From: Psilocybe cubensis
Lineage: Eukaryota
Reading direction: 5' to 3'
Assembly: GCA_017499595.2 (NCBI GenBank)
Contig: CM039002.1
Span: 2,418,001-2,482,000, forward strand
DNA: 64,000 bases
In this document: in pieces, positions 24,382 to 36,416 of the stretch
Numbering within the stretch: position 1 is the stretch's first letter
Layout of the letters: the number at the start of each line of letters is the position of its first letter
Translations under genes and position numbers: made by a program
Notes under the pieces: model-generated
What the model saw: only the letters and a program-made list of their open reading frames with translations
The model's database searches: none
What the model was told of the DNA's origin: nothing

Positions 24382-27300
24382 ATGAGCGCACGTCCGGATG
24401 AGCACAGTGAGGACGAATGTGGGGATGGCGACTCCCTCTTTGGTTCGCCGCCCCCATCTCCTCAATCCACAGGTAGGATGGCTTTACCAGACCCAGGGAC
24501 GAGCAGCAGCAGTGATAATAGACCAAGCACGGCCATTGGCCCTGCGCAAAAACATATAAACGTGGGGACCATTGCACTTCCTGGTTCCCAACCTGATTCT
24601 GAATTTCCCGTCAATCCATTAGCCTTGTCGCTGAGCCTTGGTATCGTTCAGCGGCCTCCGGCCCCGCAGCCCCCGCCAGCTGCTTTTCCCGCGCATACAT
24701 CCACCAATATGGGTGGAGATGCACGAGCATCCTCCTCTCGGAGTGTAGAGCCGCTACCACCCAGAAGACCACCCAAGCCGAAGAAGAAGTCGAAAAAATC
24801 TTCTTCGGGGCGTTCGAGCAAGGAATCCACCCCACAACCTCGCATGCCCGAATTCACCCTTCCAGAACCAGGCGCACCTCTGCCATCCAACTTCCTCCGC
24901 AATCAAGAAAACCTCCTTGGAATGGCAGGGAAAGTCGCAGGCGTTAACCCATCGACTCTGACACATACGAATCCAAATCCTCATTCGAATGCACATGCGC
25001 GAGGATCGACGCCTTCCAATCCCATTCTTGTCGACGATGAAGATGACACGCCGATATTGGGGCGACGTCGCCCTCCTTTTGCCCCGGGTTTCACCGGTCC
25101 CACTCCAAAAAGCCAGCCTTACATCGACCCTGCGCTTCTTACAGCGCCTACAAATCAAGAAATCGTTTCTGTTCTCATCGGCCAAAAGGACATTTTCCCA
25201 ATCCTTGAAGGGGTGCTGAAGCTTGTGGTAGGAAATGTGCCTGGGGGAAAGGAAGCTGCGGAGAAGCAAAAGTCGACGGGTTTTAGGAGATCTGGTCCTC
25301 TACCTGTACAACAACAGCACTATCAAACGCATGCACATATTCCTGTCCAATCTCCATCCTCTTCGACTACATCAACTTCATCCACCCCCACATCGAATCA
25401 GCCAAACCCTGCACCCCCAAAAAAACGACGTAAACTCTCTCGTGTGCCTGCGGGCGCTACTGACTGGGATGTACCGTACCCTTTCGAACAGGGAGAGGGT
25501 CCTGAGGAGTATCACACCACCTGGGAACGAGAGCGCGGGAAACAGTTGATCAGCCAGTTAATCAAGTTGATCAAAACTGCGGCGAGGAAAGCAGCGACGA
25601 AGAAGTATTTGAGTCAAAAAGAGAAGGAAGAAAAGGAGAGGAAAAGGCGAGAGGAGGAGGAAAATAAGCAGCGGAAGAGAGATGTGTATTATAGGGTGGA
25701 TGGGTCTGCTGTTCAGACGCAATCCCAGGTTCATGGACAAGCACAAAGTATGACACATGGTCAGGTTTATGATGTGCTGCAGGACACCAGCAATGGGGCG
25801 GTAGGACATCATGATCTTTCTGCCACCTCGACGGCCAATACTAGCGCATATATGCACTCTATCAATACAGATCAGCCCATCCTATCACTGGAGGAGCTCT
25901 TGGGCCCTTCTTCTACCTCCACCACAACATTGAATCCCTCAATGGATTTTTCTTTTTTGAACAGCTACCCAGGCGGATCATCTTCCCTAGGATCGTTGGA
26001 GGCCTTCAATAATCTAGTCGGATCGACTTCTTCTTCCACGGACACCAATCAAAACGCCCCAACAGTTTCTACCGCATCTGCATTGGCAGGAACAAACTCA
26101 GAGACAACCCCTACAATGGACCAAGCCGCCTTCGACTCTTGGATGAATTTTCTTGTGGACACCTTCCCAACGTCATTTGACGCCAATAACAATGGCTCTG
26201 CGGTTCCAAACACCACCTCACATTTAAATCTCAATTCAAATGAAAATACTCCTCCAACTTTCAACCCAAACGGGAGTGCGTCTCAAACCTTTGACATCTT
26301 GAATCCTAGTCTTAATCCATCTAATGCGACATCTCACGTCTCAACTCCCGGCCCAGATGACTTTTCTTTTGCCAGCTTGTTTGGTGCTCAGGGAAATACA
26401 ACTACGGGTGGAAATGGGAATGCAGTGATAGCAGATTATGATTTCGCCGCAATGTTGGCTGCTATCATGAGCCCGCCACCAACTGCGGCTACGACCGAGC
26501 CAACCTCCAGCACACCAAGTTCTGTCAGTACGACAGCGAAAGGGAATACCACCTCCAGTGACGCCACATCTTCAACCCTAGGAGATGATATGATAGATCC
26601 TACCTTGCTTGCTCTGTCGCTTCCTTCCACTGCGCTTCCAAACGTGACCGCGGATGCGAATAAGGGCCTGAATTTGAATACGAACATGAATGTTGATACG
26701 AGCGCTCCTCTGCTATCATTGCCATCGTCGTCCTCTGTTAGTTCTTCCGTGTCGTCGAGTTCTGGTGTTTCGGCATCGGCATCTGGATCAGGCTCGATTT
26801 CAGGTAACGATCCAGCGACGCCTACGTCTGCTGGTTGGGATATGTCCATGCCTGAAGTTCATATGGGTGTGGTTGGGGATGGGAGTGGGGCAGGGACGCA
26901 GGAAGGACATGGACAAGGTATGTGGCGAGATTTGATGTGGGGTGATTTTACGGAGGTAGCTCATTTGCAATTAATGGAATCGGTAGATTGGTCGCGGTTG
27001 TGTGCCATTGGAAATGATGCTCCTGCTGCTGCGATGAATGTTGATGATGGGGAAAACGATTTCGGATTTTTGCCTGATGTCGATGAAGGGGATAGTACGA
27101 GGCATACGTCGGTGATTCCTCTGGCGGATAAAGGGAAGGGTAAAGCTGTCGACCTTGATCCTACATGGACCCCCGTGTCGACATTGACGCCTTTATCGAC
27201 CAATCCAAATACGCGTACGAGTACGCCTGCTCCTCCCAACCTTCCTTCAACAACAGCATCGGCATCCACATCGACAGATGCCCAAGCAGCCCTTCGCTCT

Positions 27301-27675
27301 CTCCTCAGTGGCCCAAGTTATTCTTCCTCTTCTTGCGTAGTCAACAAGTTGGCACCGGCTTCAGCTGACGCGTCCTTTACCCCGTCTGCTACCGTATCGG
27401 CCCTTGAGGCCTCACGTCTCAAACGTAAAGCTAGAAAAGACGATATCATCGGACGCGCTCAGGAAAAGAAAAGACAACTGCAGGAAGAACTAAATAAAGT
27501 TAAGATAAAACTTTGGGAAACGACGATTGAGCAAGCTGCATTGGTGCATTTGGCGCGAATAGTCGACGAGGATGAAAAGGAAAAGGAGAGACGGCGTCAC
27601 GCTGAAGGCGCGACAGATGCTGGTGCGGGCGGCGAACGACCTGTGGAGGTTATGTCTGTAGATACGGGGGCCTAA
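24382..27675 (+). CDS. Intronless Ser/Thr/Pro-rich protein of unknown function (about 1100 aa), probably nuclear
   Basis: 3.3-kb uninterrupted ORF with ATG at 24340 or 24382. NLS-like PPKKRRKL and KPKKKSKK. Ordered islands FLRNQENLLGMAG and VPAGATDWDVPYPFEQGEGPEEY..WERERGKQLISQL, plus a C-terminal coiled coil. Confidence 0.85.
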   Translation: MSARPDEHSEDECGDGDSLFGSPPPSPQSTGRMALPDPGTSSSSDNRPSTAIGPAQKHINVGTIALPGSQPDSEFPVNPLALSLSLGIVQRPPAPQPPPAAFPAHTSTNMGGDARASSSRSVEPLPPRRPPKPKKKSKKSSSGRSSKESTPQPRMPEFTLPEPGAPLPSNFLRNQENLLGMAGKVAGVNPSTLTHTNPNPHSNAHARGSTPSNPILVDDEDDTPILGRRRPPFAPGFTGPTPKSQPYIDPALLTAPTNQEIVSVLIGQKDIFPILEGVLKLVVGNVPGGKEAAEKQKSTGFRRSGPLPVQQQHYQTHAHIPVQSPSSSTTSTSSTPTSNQPNPAPPKKRRKLSRVPAGATDWDVPYPFEQGEGPEEYHTTWERERGKQLISQLIKLIKTAARKAATKKYLSQKEKEEKERKRREEEENKQRKRDVYYRVDGSAVQTQSQVHGQAQSMTHGQVYDVLQDTSNGAVGHHDLSATSTANTSAYMHSINTDQPILSLEELLGPSSTSTTTLNPSMDFSFLNSYPGGSSSLGSLEAFNNLVGSTSSSTDTNQNAPTVSTASALAGTNSETTPTMDQAAFDSWMNFLVDTFPTSFDANNNGSAVPNTTSHLNLNSNENTPPTFNPNGSASQTFDILNPSLNPSNATSHVSTPGPDDFSFASLFGAQGNTTTGGNGNAVIADYDFAAMLAAIMSPPPTAATTEPTSSTPSSVSTTAKGNTTSSDATSSTLGDDMIDPTLLALSLPSTALPNVTADANKGLNLNTNMNVDTSAPLLSLPSSSSVSSSVSSSSGVSASASGSGSISGNDPATPTSAGWDMSMPEVHMGVVGDGSGAGTQEGHGQGMWRDLMWGDFTEVAHLQLMESVDWSRLCAIGNDAPAAAMNVDDGENDFGFLPDVDEGDSTRHTSVIPLADKGKGKAVDLDPTWTPVSTLTPLSTNPNTRTSTPAPPNLPSTTASASTSTDAQAALRSLLSGPSYSSSSCVVNKLAPASADASFTPSATVSALEASRLKRKARKDDIIGRAQEKKRQLQEELNKVKIKLWETTIEQAALVHLARIVDEDEKEKERRRHAEGATDAGAGGERPVEVMSVDTGA

Positions 27676-28029
27676 GAGGTTTGTTTTGTGTTATAACTTG
27701 CTTTGCTTTTTTTGCTTTCGTCTTTGCTTTCCTGAAATCATTCCTTCTCCACGGCGAAAGATCCAACTTTGCGGGAAGCCGCTTGGTGGTAGCACGTGAT
27801 TTGCATGGACGATGACGATCGGTAAGGTTCTTGGTTACAATCGGAGACCCAATTTCGGTGATACCCGTTACTTCGAATTGGTGTTGAGGCTTGGACAATT
27901 CTCCTTGAACATTTTCAATGAGGCGCTACGAGTCGAGATCGAAGGGCGTAATTTTCTTCGCATTGAGAAATCAATGTCTGTTTGGCGTTATGGGTGCTTC
28001 ATGGTAGTTCCCATAAGCAGATGAGATTC

Positions 28030-30136
28030 ATCCCTCCTCGATCCTGTTTCTAATTGTCCATCTATATTTGCATGAATAACGACATGTCTAGCACATATAA
28101 TCGTCCACAGCTTCTTTAACATTTAAAACACATCTTGCTGCAATGATGGAGTATAGCCTATGAACTGCCGTAAATATTGACGCATTAGGCTGAATAAATC
28201 TGAACTTACGCGCATGACATGCTTGGTCACAAAAAAGTGTGAGTTGGTGCTCTCTAATTAAAGCACGAGGACGTACGAAATGTTTATATCTATCATACTC
28301 CGTCTCCCGACTGTCCATATGATGACGTTCACAATCGTGATTACTAACATTTTTTAGAAAAACAATGGTCAAATCACTGACAAACACTTTTAGCTAAAAA
28401 CGCACGGAGCATAGTGATATAACATATAATCGCGTCAGATGCAAGGAGGTTGATGACCGGCACTCGGGCATTCTTAGAAAATAGTGAAAAGCGACACCTC
28501 CAAATGGTCATTACAGACATTGCGGAGGACTGAAAATTTGGGATCATAGGAATATCAGTTAAAGTAAAATTCACAAAAGGTTATATATAACTCACGGCCA
28601 CGAGCACAGGAATTGAATAGTATCTCAGAAACAGTGGAGGTTTCTCTATAGCAATATCAAATCAGCGATACTGCTTTAATTTCTTAGCTAATCATGACTG
28701 ACCTACTAGCGCATAGCAGCCTAGTAGTGAGGGGCTATAAAAGTGTGCATTAATCACCGTTACGATTGTATCCAAAGAGTATCGACACCTACACATGAGC
28801 AAATTCTAGAAGAGAAGATTATTGAAAAGTCAAGTAAAACAATGAAATTCAAGACGTACCTTTCACTTGGAAAGTAGTTAGAATGAGTAATGTAAACCTA
28901 TGACCATTGGGTGTGAGCTACTTCTTGAGAGTAGTCTTAGGCAGAACTGTGTTTTATCACCCACATTGATACACCCTCGCCTGTAGATAACTTGTAAATT
29001 TATTGATCAAGCAAGTCATTTAACGCTTGGTTGCACGTACAAAAAATCAAGAATATTAGAAAACAAATTATCACCCTTGATTGACGGTAAAGGGCCCAGA
29101 CCCTTCAAGTTTTTAGTTGTGTCAATAAGGGCAGTTAAATTTAAACAATCGAATGCGTACACAATCCCCAAAACAGTATTTGCCGTTATTGCAGTCAAGG
29201 TAGCATTGACTGATACGGCCTATTTTTTAGCTTAAAACGGTTGAACATCCAGTGAAATTGTTCCGCGAACTAACCAGACGTGCAGCTTTACACCTATTAA
29301 GGGGAATATGTGTTCAAAACCGCCGCTTGGATCGATAGGGTAAACTACTTACACCTATTTGAAAACCAAATTTCACGTACTCACTGTGAATGGAGCAACA
29401 TTTATATGAGAAGCAGGTGCTCACGTTATCTGAAGATATTGGACGGCTGGAGACTGGATTTTTTTTTAAAAAAAGAAAACATTAAATCCGATCTACTCTG
29501 TAGGCGAAAAAAGCTTACAGGAGACATAGAAGCTGATGTCATAGAAAGGTCTCGTCAATCATCGTGCTTCAGATTAGATGATAAGACTTACATCAAGTTT
29601 GCCAGGGTGAAATATCGACTCTAAACAATGCAATAACGTCATTAAACTAATTCTTTGCAGGAATGTGGACATTAATGGTACCCAGAGCTATTTCAGTCAT
29701 TAATTAGCGACAAATGGTGGACACGGGACGAAACGATATTGAGAGTATCTCCGCACATACATAGAGGGCTTTTCCCACACACCACTTTTTTCTCCATACA
29801 AGGTCCACCTGTGGATGAGCAAATGAAAATCAGGGGATTTAGGGTTTTTTCTGAGCTGTACGGATAGTCGGACCTCTAGTGGAAATGTCATAATCTGGTC
29901 TGTTCTGAGGAATTCAGGAATGTTGTCAGTACAACCCAAAGCCTGTGCTTATAATATCACACCAATATATGAGTACTAACACTACGACCGTCAATGCCGC
30001 GACTAGAGCATCATGTATTAGGAGGGGAAGGACAGCGAGGCAAAAATCAGGCCGCACCTCCAACATACGACGTTGTATGGGCATCCCTCAGTAGTGGAAG
30101 AGTAAGAGATAGGCTGGCGTCAGAAGGGGTACTCAT
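28030..30136 (-). CDS. DUF6533-type multi-pass (7TM-like) membrane protein with many short exons, not resolved by the ORF track
   Basis: Spliced reading: MSTPSDASLSLTLPLLRDAHTTSYVGVAALTVVVTDQIMTFPLEVDLVWRKKWCVGKALYLWSRYFTLANL ... VWALYRQSRVIICFLIFLIF ... INLLASDAIICYIT ... LYSIIAARCVLNVKE. The 3' end is approximate. Confidence 0.8.
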
Positions 30137-31420
30137 GGTCCGATGCACCGCAATTGAACTGCTCTCAATGATACTTAAACAAACTATAAAAATCTCACAA
30201 CTATGTATAGGAGTAGCTGCTCAGCCCAACATGCACTGAGGCTGAAATCAATCTCGAATCTAGCGATCAGAACAGTAGAGTAGATTCCGATAACAATAAA
30301 TAAAGACTGATATTTTCAACAGAACCAACGCTATTATCTACGACATCGTGGTGCACGGCGGCCAAGGTATTAACACTCTCACGGATACGGCCCTTCTTCG
30401 GCCAGAGATCATGATTATCTCACAACGTATCATAGTAGAGAATCCGTTTGTATCATAGTTTCTTTGATGGAGAGAGCCACATTAGCCCATATCACACAAT
30501 ATAATCAAACCTTTTCCCCATTGATCCAGCATTAACTATTACCCCAAACCATTATGATGGAACGGACCATACACCGCAAGCGTTGTAAGATGTAATTTTT
30601 TTGACCCATTCTACTTCTCCAAAGATTTTGCATACCAACTTGAAAAATAATCGTTATCTCAAAGGTAAAAGACGACAGGTTATCATGCGTTGGTTGGAAA
30701 TTTACAGTCGCCCACCCGTCTACATTCGCCCACCCGATAAGCCCTGCACGCTACCCGTTCCAGCTCGCAAACAATGCCAACGTGATATGTCTACAGAATC
30801 GACCCCCACATACATTTCTTTATCTGCCATACCACCGCTCGTTGAGCAACGCCATTTTTGAACTTAGCTAGGGGGTCCCTACTTACTGTGATTGATGTGT
30901 CGGTCGGAAGCATTATCCGTTATACTACTTACTGTGAAACAATGAGCCCTACCGCCCAGCTGAACGCATTAAAGTGGTACCAGGTTCGGACTTTACAGTG
31001 ATAACAGCTAATGAGTACCACAGAAAATATAAATCATCTGCGCTGAATAGTAGGGGTTTGGTATTAGTCCTTGGTTTCAATGTATTTCAAAGTCCGGAGT
31101 TTTGTTCGGGGTCTTCCTTTTGAGGTAGCTATAGCACCGCTCTATGAAAAGGTGAATAGCCATACCCGGACCGTAGCTTGTTATTTTTACTGTAGCTGTA
31201 GGCGATCAGCGTAGAGCACCAGTGACGAGCGGCACCACGACGGTGTCAACTCTCACCGGTTTATAATTACATACTTGGAACCCACACATAATTAAAATTA
31301 CACACCATGATGCCCGACGTTCACAAACCAATGGAAATCTGGATGCGGGATCATTTGATGATCGAATCTGCGTCATAAAATTAATCGCAAGCATGTTCTG
31401 GAGAATGACCACGTTCTCTA

Positions 31421-33945
31421 TTAAATTAAATCGCCTAAATAGTTGGATATTAACTCATTGGTTCTTATTTTGTGAGGTAGCAAAGGATCTGCTTCGGAAC
31501 CCCAAGGCATTGGCACTGTTTCCCGAAGACAGGTCACCAATTCCCGGTCGTCCGACGCCGGCGGACAGACTTTAAGAAGAGCAGATAGCAAATCAAAGGC
31601 AAGCTCTCCGTACAGACAGTACTCTCCCGGCAATGTGCGCACTTTGGCCTGCAGACTATTAGGAGCCCAGAAAAAGACCGGAATGCGGTAATTGTTAAGC
31701 GCCCATGACTCGGGGTTATCATGCTCCAAATAATGTCTTCATCATGAAATTCAGTTCACATGAAAAATAAAGGTCAAATTATCTATTAGACTTACCGTCG
31801 ACGAATGAACTTCCAGACACTCTGAGCGAGAACAGAGTAGTCGGTTGGTCGGACCACAAAAGATTCAGGCAGTTGATAGTTCTTTTGAAACTCAGAGTAC
31901 ATTGCACAATATTCAAAACGATCTTTCCATGTTGACCTAGAGAAGGGGAAAATAAAATTTCGGGTTTCTGTCAGTTTAATCAAATAGCCTTCTGGGTCAA
32001 CCCCCTGGGGTCCCGGCAGCTCGTCTTGTAGTATTTTGAATATCGGAGAAATTGAGGGTACAAATTCGGGAAGGGACATGGCAGTCAGAACCTTTTTCGT
32101 CCACGGTACAGCTGGAAGCTTGGATATGGCTTCCAAAAAGTATTGATCTAAACGAGCTTTGTGGCGCTGCACGATGCTTGTCGTATAAGAAGGATGGCAC
32201 TATTGTAGAGACGTTAGAGGCGCTTAGAAGCCAAAAGTCAATAAGGGAAACAGGGTTGACGTACTTGTTTAGCCATCCAGCATATCAATTCTGGAAAATT
32301 TGACTTCGATTGGAAGATAGGAGTCGGATCCATCACGTGTAGCTGCTCAAATAGCTCCGGAGGGGCCTTTGCATCTACAGAACATGCCTCGTACAATACT
32401 TGTACAAGTTGTGAGGTTTCTGATTATACGTAAAGGTAAACCAAAAATAAAAGCCTCAATAAAGGAATTCATTTACCAAATGGTCGAGAAGACGAGTTTA
32501 GATGTTTCGCTGCCACCACTGCTAGCTTGATATATCCCTCTTTTTCATCAATGTAAAACTTTCCAGATCTTTCGCGATTGAGCAAAAAGTCAGACATTGA
32601 AGCATGAGCGATTTTGGGTGATTTCCAGGTGTCCCCTTTAGGTGGAACATTGATGATCGAGTGCAAGTCGCTCAACAGCATGCTTACTTCCCCAGTGCGG
32701 TACCCCCAGAATTTCTCGATGTCGGATATTGTTTGCTGTGTGGACCTTCCAAAGGGCCGTAGGACAAGAGAAAGCAACACATTATGTATTTTTTTGTTGC
32801 GGTAGATGTCAGCAGCGGTGAGAATGTGGGTGTAAAGTGCGTCAAGGTCGGAAAAGGGGGTTGAGTCATCCTCGCTACTCTCTACTCCAAACACAGTTTC
32901 CAGCCTGTCTGGTGGCCAGTGTCTATGAGAAGAGACGTATCTGATCACGGTGGACGCGTATATGAATTGACCAGAGGATTTCTCTACTAGTACATCCAGG
33001 TCTAATCCATGTTCTCCGTAGGGCCAGTAATCTGGTAAATTATCGCCTGCCGGGTGGTCGTTCCGAAGCTCTTTCAGCTTGTCCTCGAAAAAGACTTTGA
33101 TATCTCGGTGAGATCGGTAGTCATTGTCTAATGCAATCCGCATTGTACACGACGAGAACGTTTTTGCATCGAAGGCCCTCCGAAGCTCGTATTCCGGGCG
33201 GCTGGCTATTAGGAAGTAAAATGGTAGGTTGTAGCGATGTATAAGTGTAGACAGAGCATTTAAAATGGTGGTTTGAGAATAGGAGTCTTCGCACTCATCT
33301 AGGCCATCCACAATGACAAGCAAAGGTGTCTTGTTGGTTATAATCTTGCCTTGAGCAACACCACTTTGGAATGGACGAACAACAAGAGCTGTGAGTTGAG
33401 CCTCAAGGGACTTTTTAAATAGCGCAGGATCAGTTTCCAAAGCCAAACACATTTCCGTACGCATTGCAGGTATTGAAAGTGCCAACTGGTAAACCAATGT
33501 GGCAACGAGTCGAGTTTTGTCATTACGACCAGCGGCGTTTCTAGAGAAGAAGAACGCTGCAGCCAAAAGCCCCGCTTCTTTGCACATTTCCGCGATAGTG
33601 TGGGCAATAGCCGATTTGCCTGAGCCTGCTGGACCGTATAACCACATAAAGAAAGACTCTCGTTCGACGTCTGGAATTCGTATCCATTGCATAATTTTTT
33701 CGAGAACGGCTTCACGTGTACGTGGATGGCATTTTGGGGGATCGCACGATTCATCGGAGTCATGGAATGCACCTGGTGCAATATTTTGTTGCAGAATATC
33801 CATTCCTGTAAAGTATTCAGGTCGATGTAAACTCGGATACGATTTTTGATTCATATGCACCTATTGTGCCTTCTGCTTGTTGCATTGCGACATGTGTTGT
33901 AAAATTTCCGCCATTAATCTGGAAATTTCTAGAGTTTGTAAACAT
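31421..33945 (-). CDS. NACHT-domain NLR-like protein (about 765 aa, 5 exons)
   Basis: Motifs: AFHDS..DPPKCHPRTREAVL, Walker A GPAGSGKSAIA, AFFFSR, Walker B LLVIVDGLDEC, IASRPE, SSGQFIYASTVIRYV, LDALYTHIL and HASMSDFL. The introns at 33806-33860 and downstream keep the frame. Confidence 0.92.
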
Positions 33946-34994
33946 CAGGGGACCGTGACGAAGTGGAAAGCTGTCGAGGAAAGTTTGAGAGGAAAGGTTT
34001 GATTCAACGAGTGTTGGTTGCTTTGCTAAGGTTTTATTCCAATCTATCTCTTGTTCTTGATTTAGAGGAAACTTGTCGGCGGCCAACGGAGTAGTACCAG
34101 AGGTTAAATAAATGTTGACAGAATGTGGACAGTGCTACGGCATTGTGAATATCTGTCCCACATCATGTCAGGTATTCAAAAGATACCAAGCCGTATGTGC
34201 CGTATGTAAATTGATATCAACTTCCCAGTGGTGGCGGGAAAGATGAAATACAAGGTCCCATTTAATTGCCATCGAGTCGACAACAACCCATAGTAGTCGT
34301 GACGTAACCACAACTCAATGGCTGCTAAGTTTAGCGCCCTTGTTGCAAGGCAGGAACATGGGCACTGCTAACACAACAAGACCAGTTTTGGGGAGCAATG
34401 CTGTTAGGAGTCACCGCGTATAGACCACATCAGAATGAATAGTACAAACTGACGTACACCTGAAGCAGATGGTATCGATTGGGCGTGCACGGCCTCGAAG
34501 AAACGCGAGCCGTAACCATTGTTATGTTGACGGTTGTTGAGGATGAACTGTCGCATGAGATTGGGATGCAATGCCCATAGCTACCCTCGTTCCCCACCCC
34601 CGAAGTCTCGATGTGATGCCCAAAGTAGCTGGATTGACTGTTGAGTTTGCTGGTCAGACAAGGAGGTATGGGTCGGCGTGATGAAATCTGGGCAATCTTT
34701 GAAAACAAAGGAACGCTCAAGAGCTATTTGGATAGACATTCCATGGTGGTTCTGTTACTTCCGTAGGTATCACAGAGGGGTGAAATTAAGCAAGAAACTT
34801 GTCCAACTTACAAGGAAGAAACTGTTTGCCACTTCGTTGTTTACAATACGACGGAAATACCCGGGACATTCGGATCACACTCTCACGTGACGCGCAGAAT
34901 GCAGAGCGCTCCTAACTCAAAATGTTTGCGTCTTCCCTGCCGACAGCACAAGTACGTTTTAATGTGTCCATCCATAAAGCGGTTCCTGGTTCAC

Positions 34995-36416
34995 CATAGG
35001 AGTGGGTATGTTATCTGCCATGTTATCTGCCCGGTGTAATCCGAGCTTGCTCTTTTTAGACTTTTCACCATAAAACCTCGGATGGATTGTAATAAAAAAT
35101 ATATATTCAAGTATGCAAAGAATGTATATACGCATAAGTGCCTTTAAAACTTGAGTAAGCAGTGTCAAATTAGTAGAATGCATATGGATGTTATCTGCCA
35201 CCCCCAATGTTAGAGCTCCGAATCCGCTGGGGGAGAATCTCACGGGAGAAACTGATGGGAGAATGCTCGCGTGCCACTTGCGTGCCGCGCCGCGTCTCGA
35301 GATGCCCCCCTGACAAGTTTCTACTTGAACGTCCAGAACTTGTCTGACAGGTCTCGAATATATTCAAATCAAAAACGCGGTTTCGCCGGTTACCGGTTAT
35401 CTGCCATTCCAGGAAATTTTGCTTTTTACCTCAGCCTGCTTTATCTCAGTAGCACACCCCTGCGCCCATTACCATTGAAGTACTCTCTTTTTCTCGCACT
35501 TATTATATTTTCTTTTGTGGGCCTCGTTGCTATTGCAGGGCTGGCGTGATGCACCACCTAAAAACCGCGAAAACAATCGGATGAACGTGCTTTGTGAGAG
35601 ACCAAGAGTGTGATTAGATTACTATGATTGTTACGCTCTATAAATTTGCAACTCAAGTGGTTCATAAGTCAAAATTATTATTGCCATCTAGGAGCTGAGT
35701 AAAATAGATATATTACTCAATAATGCTTTGGAAGACTACTGTTTGTAGCATGTAATTCTATTGTCTTTTACTTTTGAGAGCATCATCATGATTTTACCTT
35801 CTGGCACAAGTCTTTTCCAGCTTCGGTCAATTTTCTTCCTAATTACCTTTTATATATAAAATATAAGAGACAGTTCACAACTATGAAAGACTAAAGGGAA
35901 CAGTTTATAGAAGTTGAAGTTGAAATCTTTATGTCTGGAATGTGACTACATACGCTAAGTTAATTTATGATTTGACTTCGATGCGGTTCGAACATGAGAC
36001 TCTGTCATCTGCCCAGGCCCTATGTAGTTTCAAACTCCGAATTGAACTTACGAGCGTGTGCCGACAACAGACTTGGCATCAATTTCTCCCCCAGCGGATT
36101 ACATGCCCTCCAGCTCGATGGGCACTCTGGTTTCATTTTTTGTGGCTCTTTCAGTAATAATCTAGATTATATATAAAGCAAATAATACCCAGATAAGAAA
36201 TATCAGAGCAATTCAGAGTACATACAAACAAAAGGTACATGTTCTTTCGTTTCACACGGTATTTCATAAATTTTGTGTTTGTGACAATCTATACATATTG
36301 TCAAGCACTTTAATGTCATTTCTCTTCAAAAATTTGATAAAAATAAAGCATCGTGAGTCTGTCTCTTTTTATCTCCATTTTTTGGTCCTTTCCCGTTTGG
36401 GACACCCACTCCTATG
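34995..36416. mobile_element. Possible decayed non-autonomous DNA transposon
   Basis: 13-bp inverted pair CATAGGAGTGGGT (34995-35007) / ACCCACTCCTATG (36404-36416). Subterminal GTTATCTGCC occurs 4 times and the interior is AT-rich. No TSD was found. Confidence 0.3.

Noticed and set aside
33946..34750. Upstream open frame (from TTG at 34086) and an intron-like segment at 34401-34459 as extra NLR exons or an effector gene
   Set aside because: I could not build an in-frame spliced model or find a recognisable domain. This is unresolved rather than excluded.
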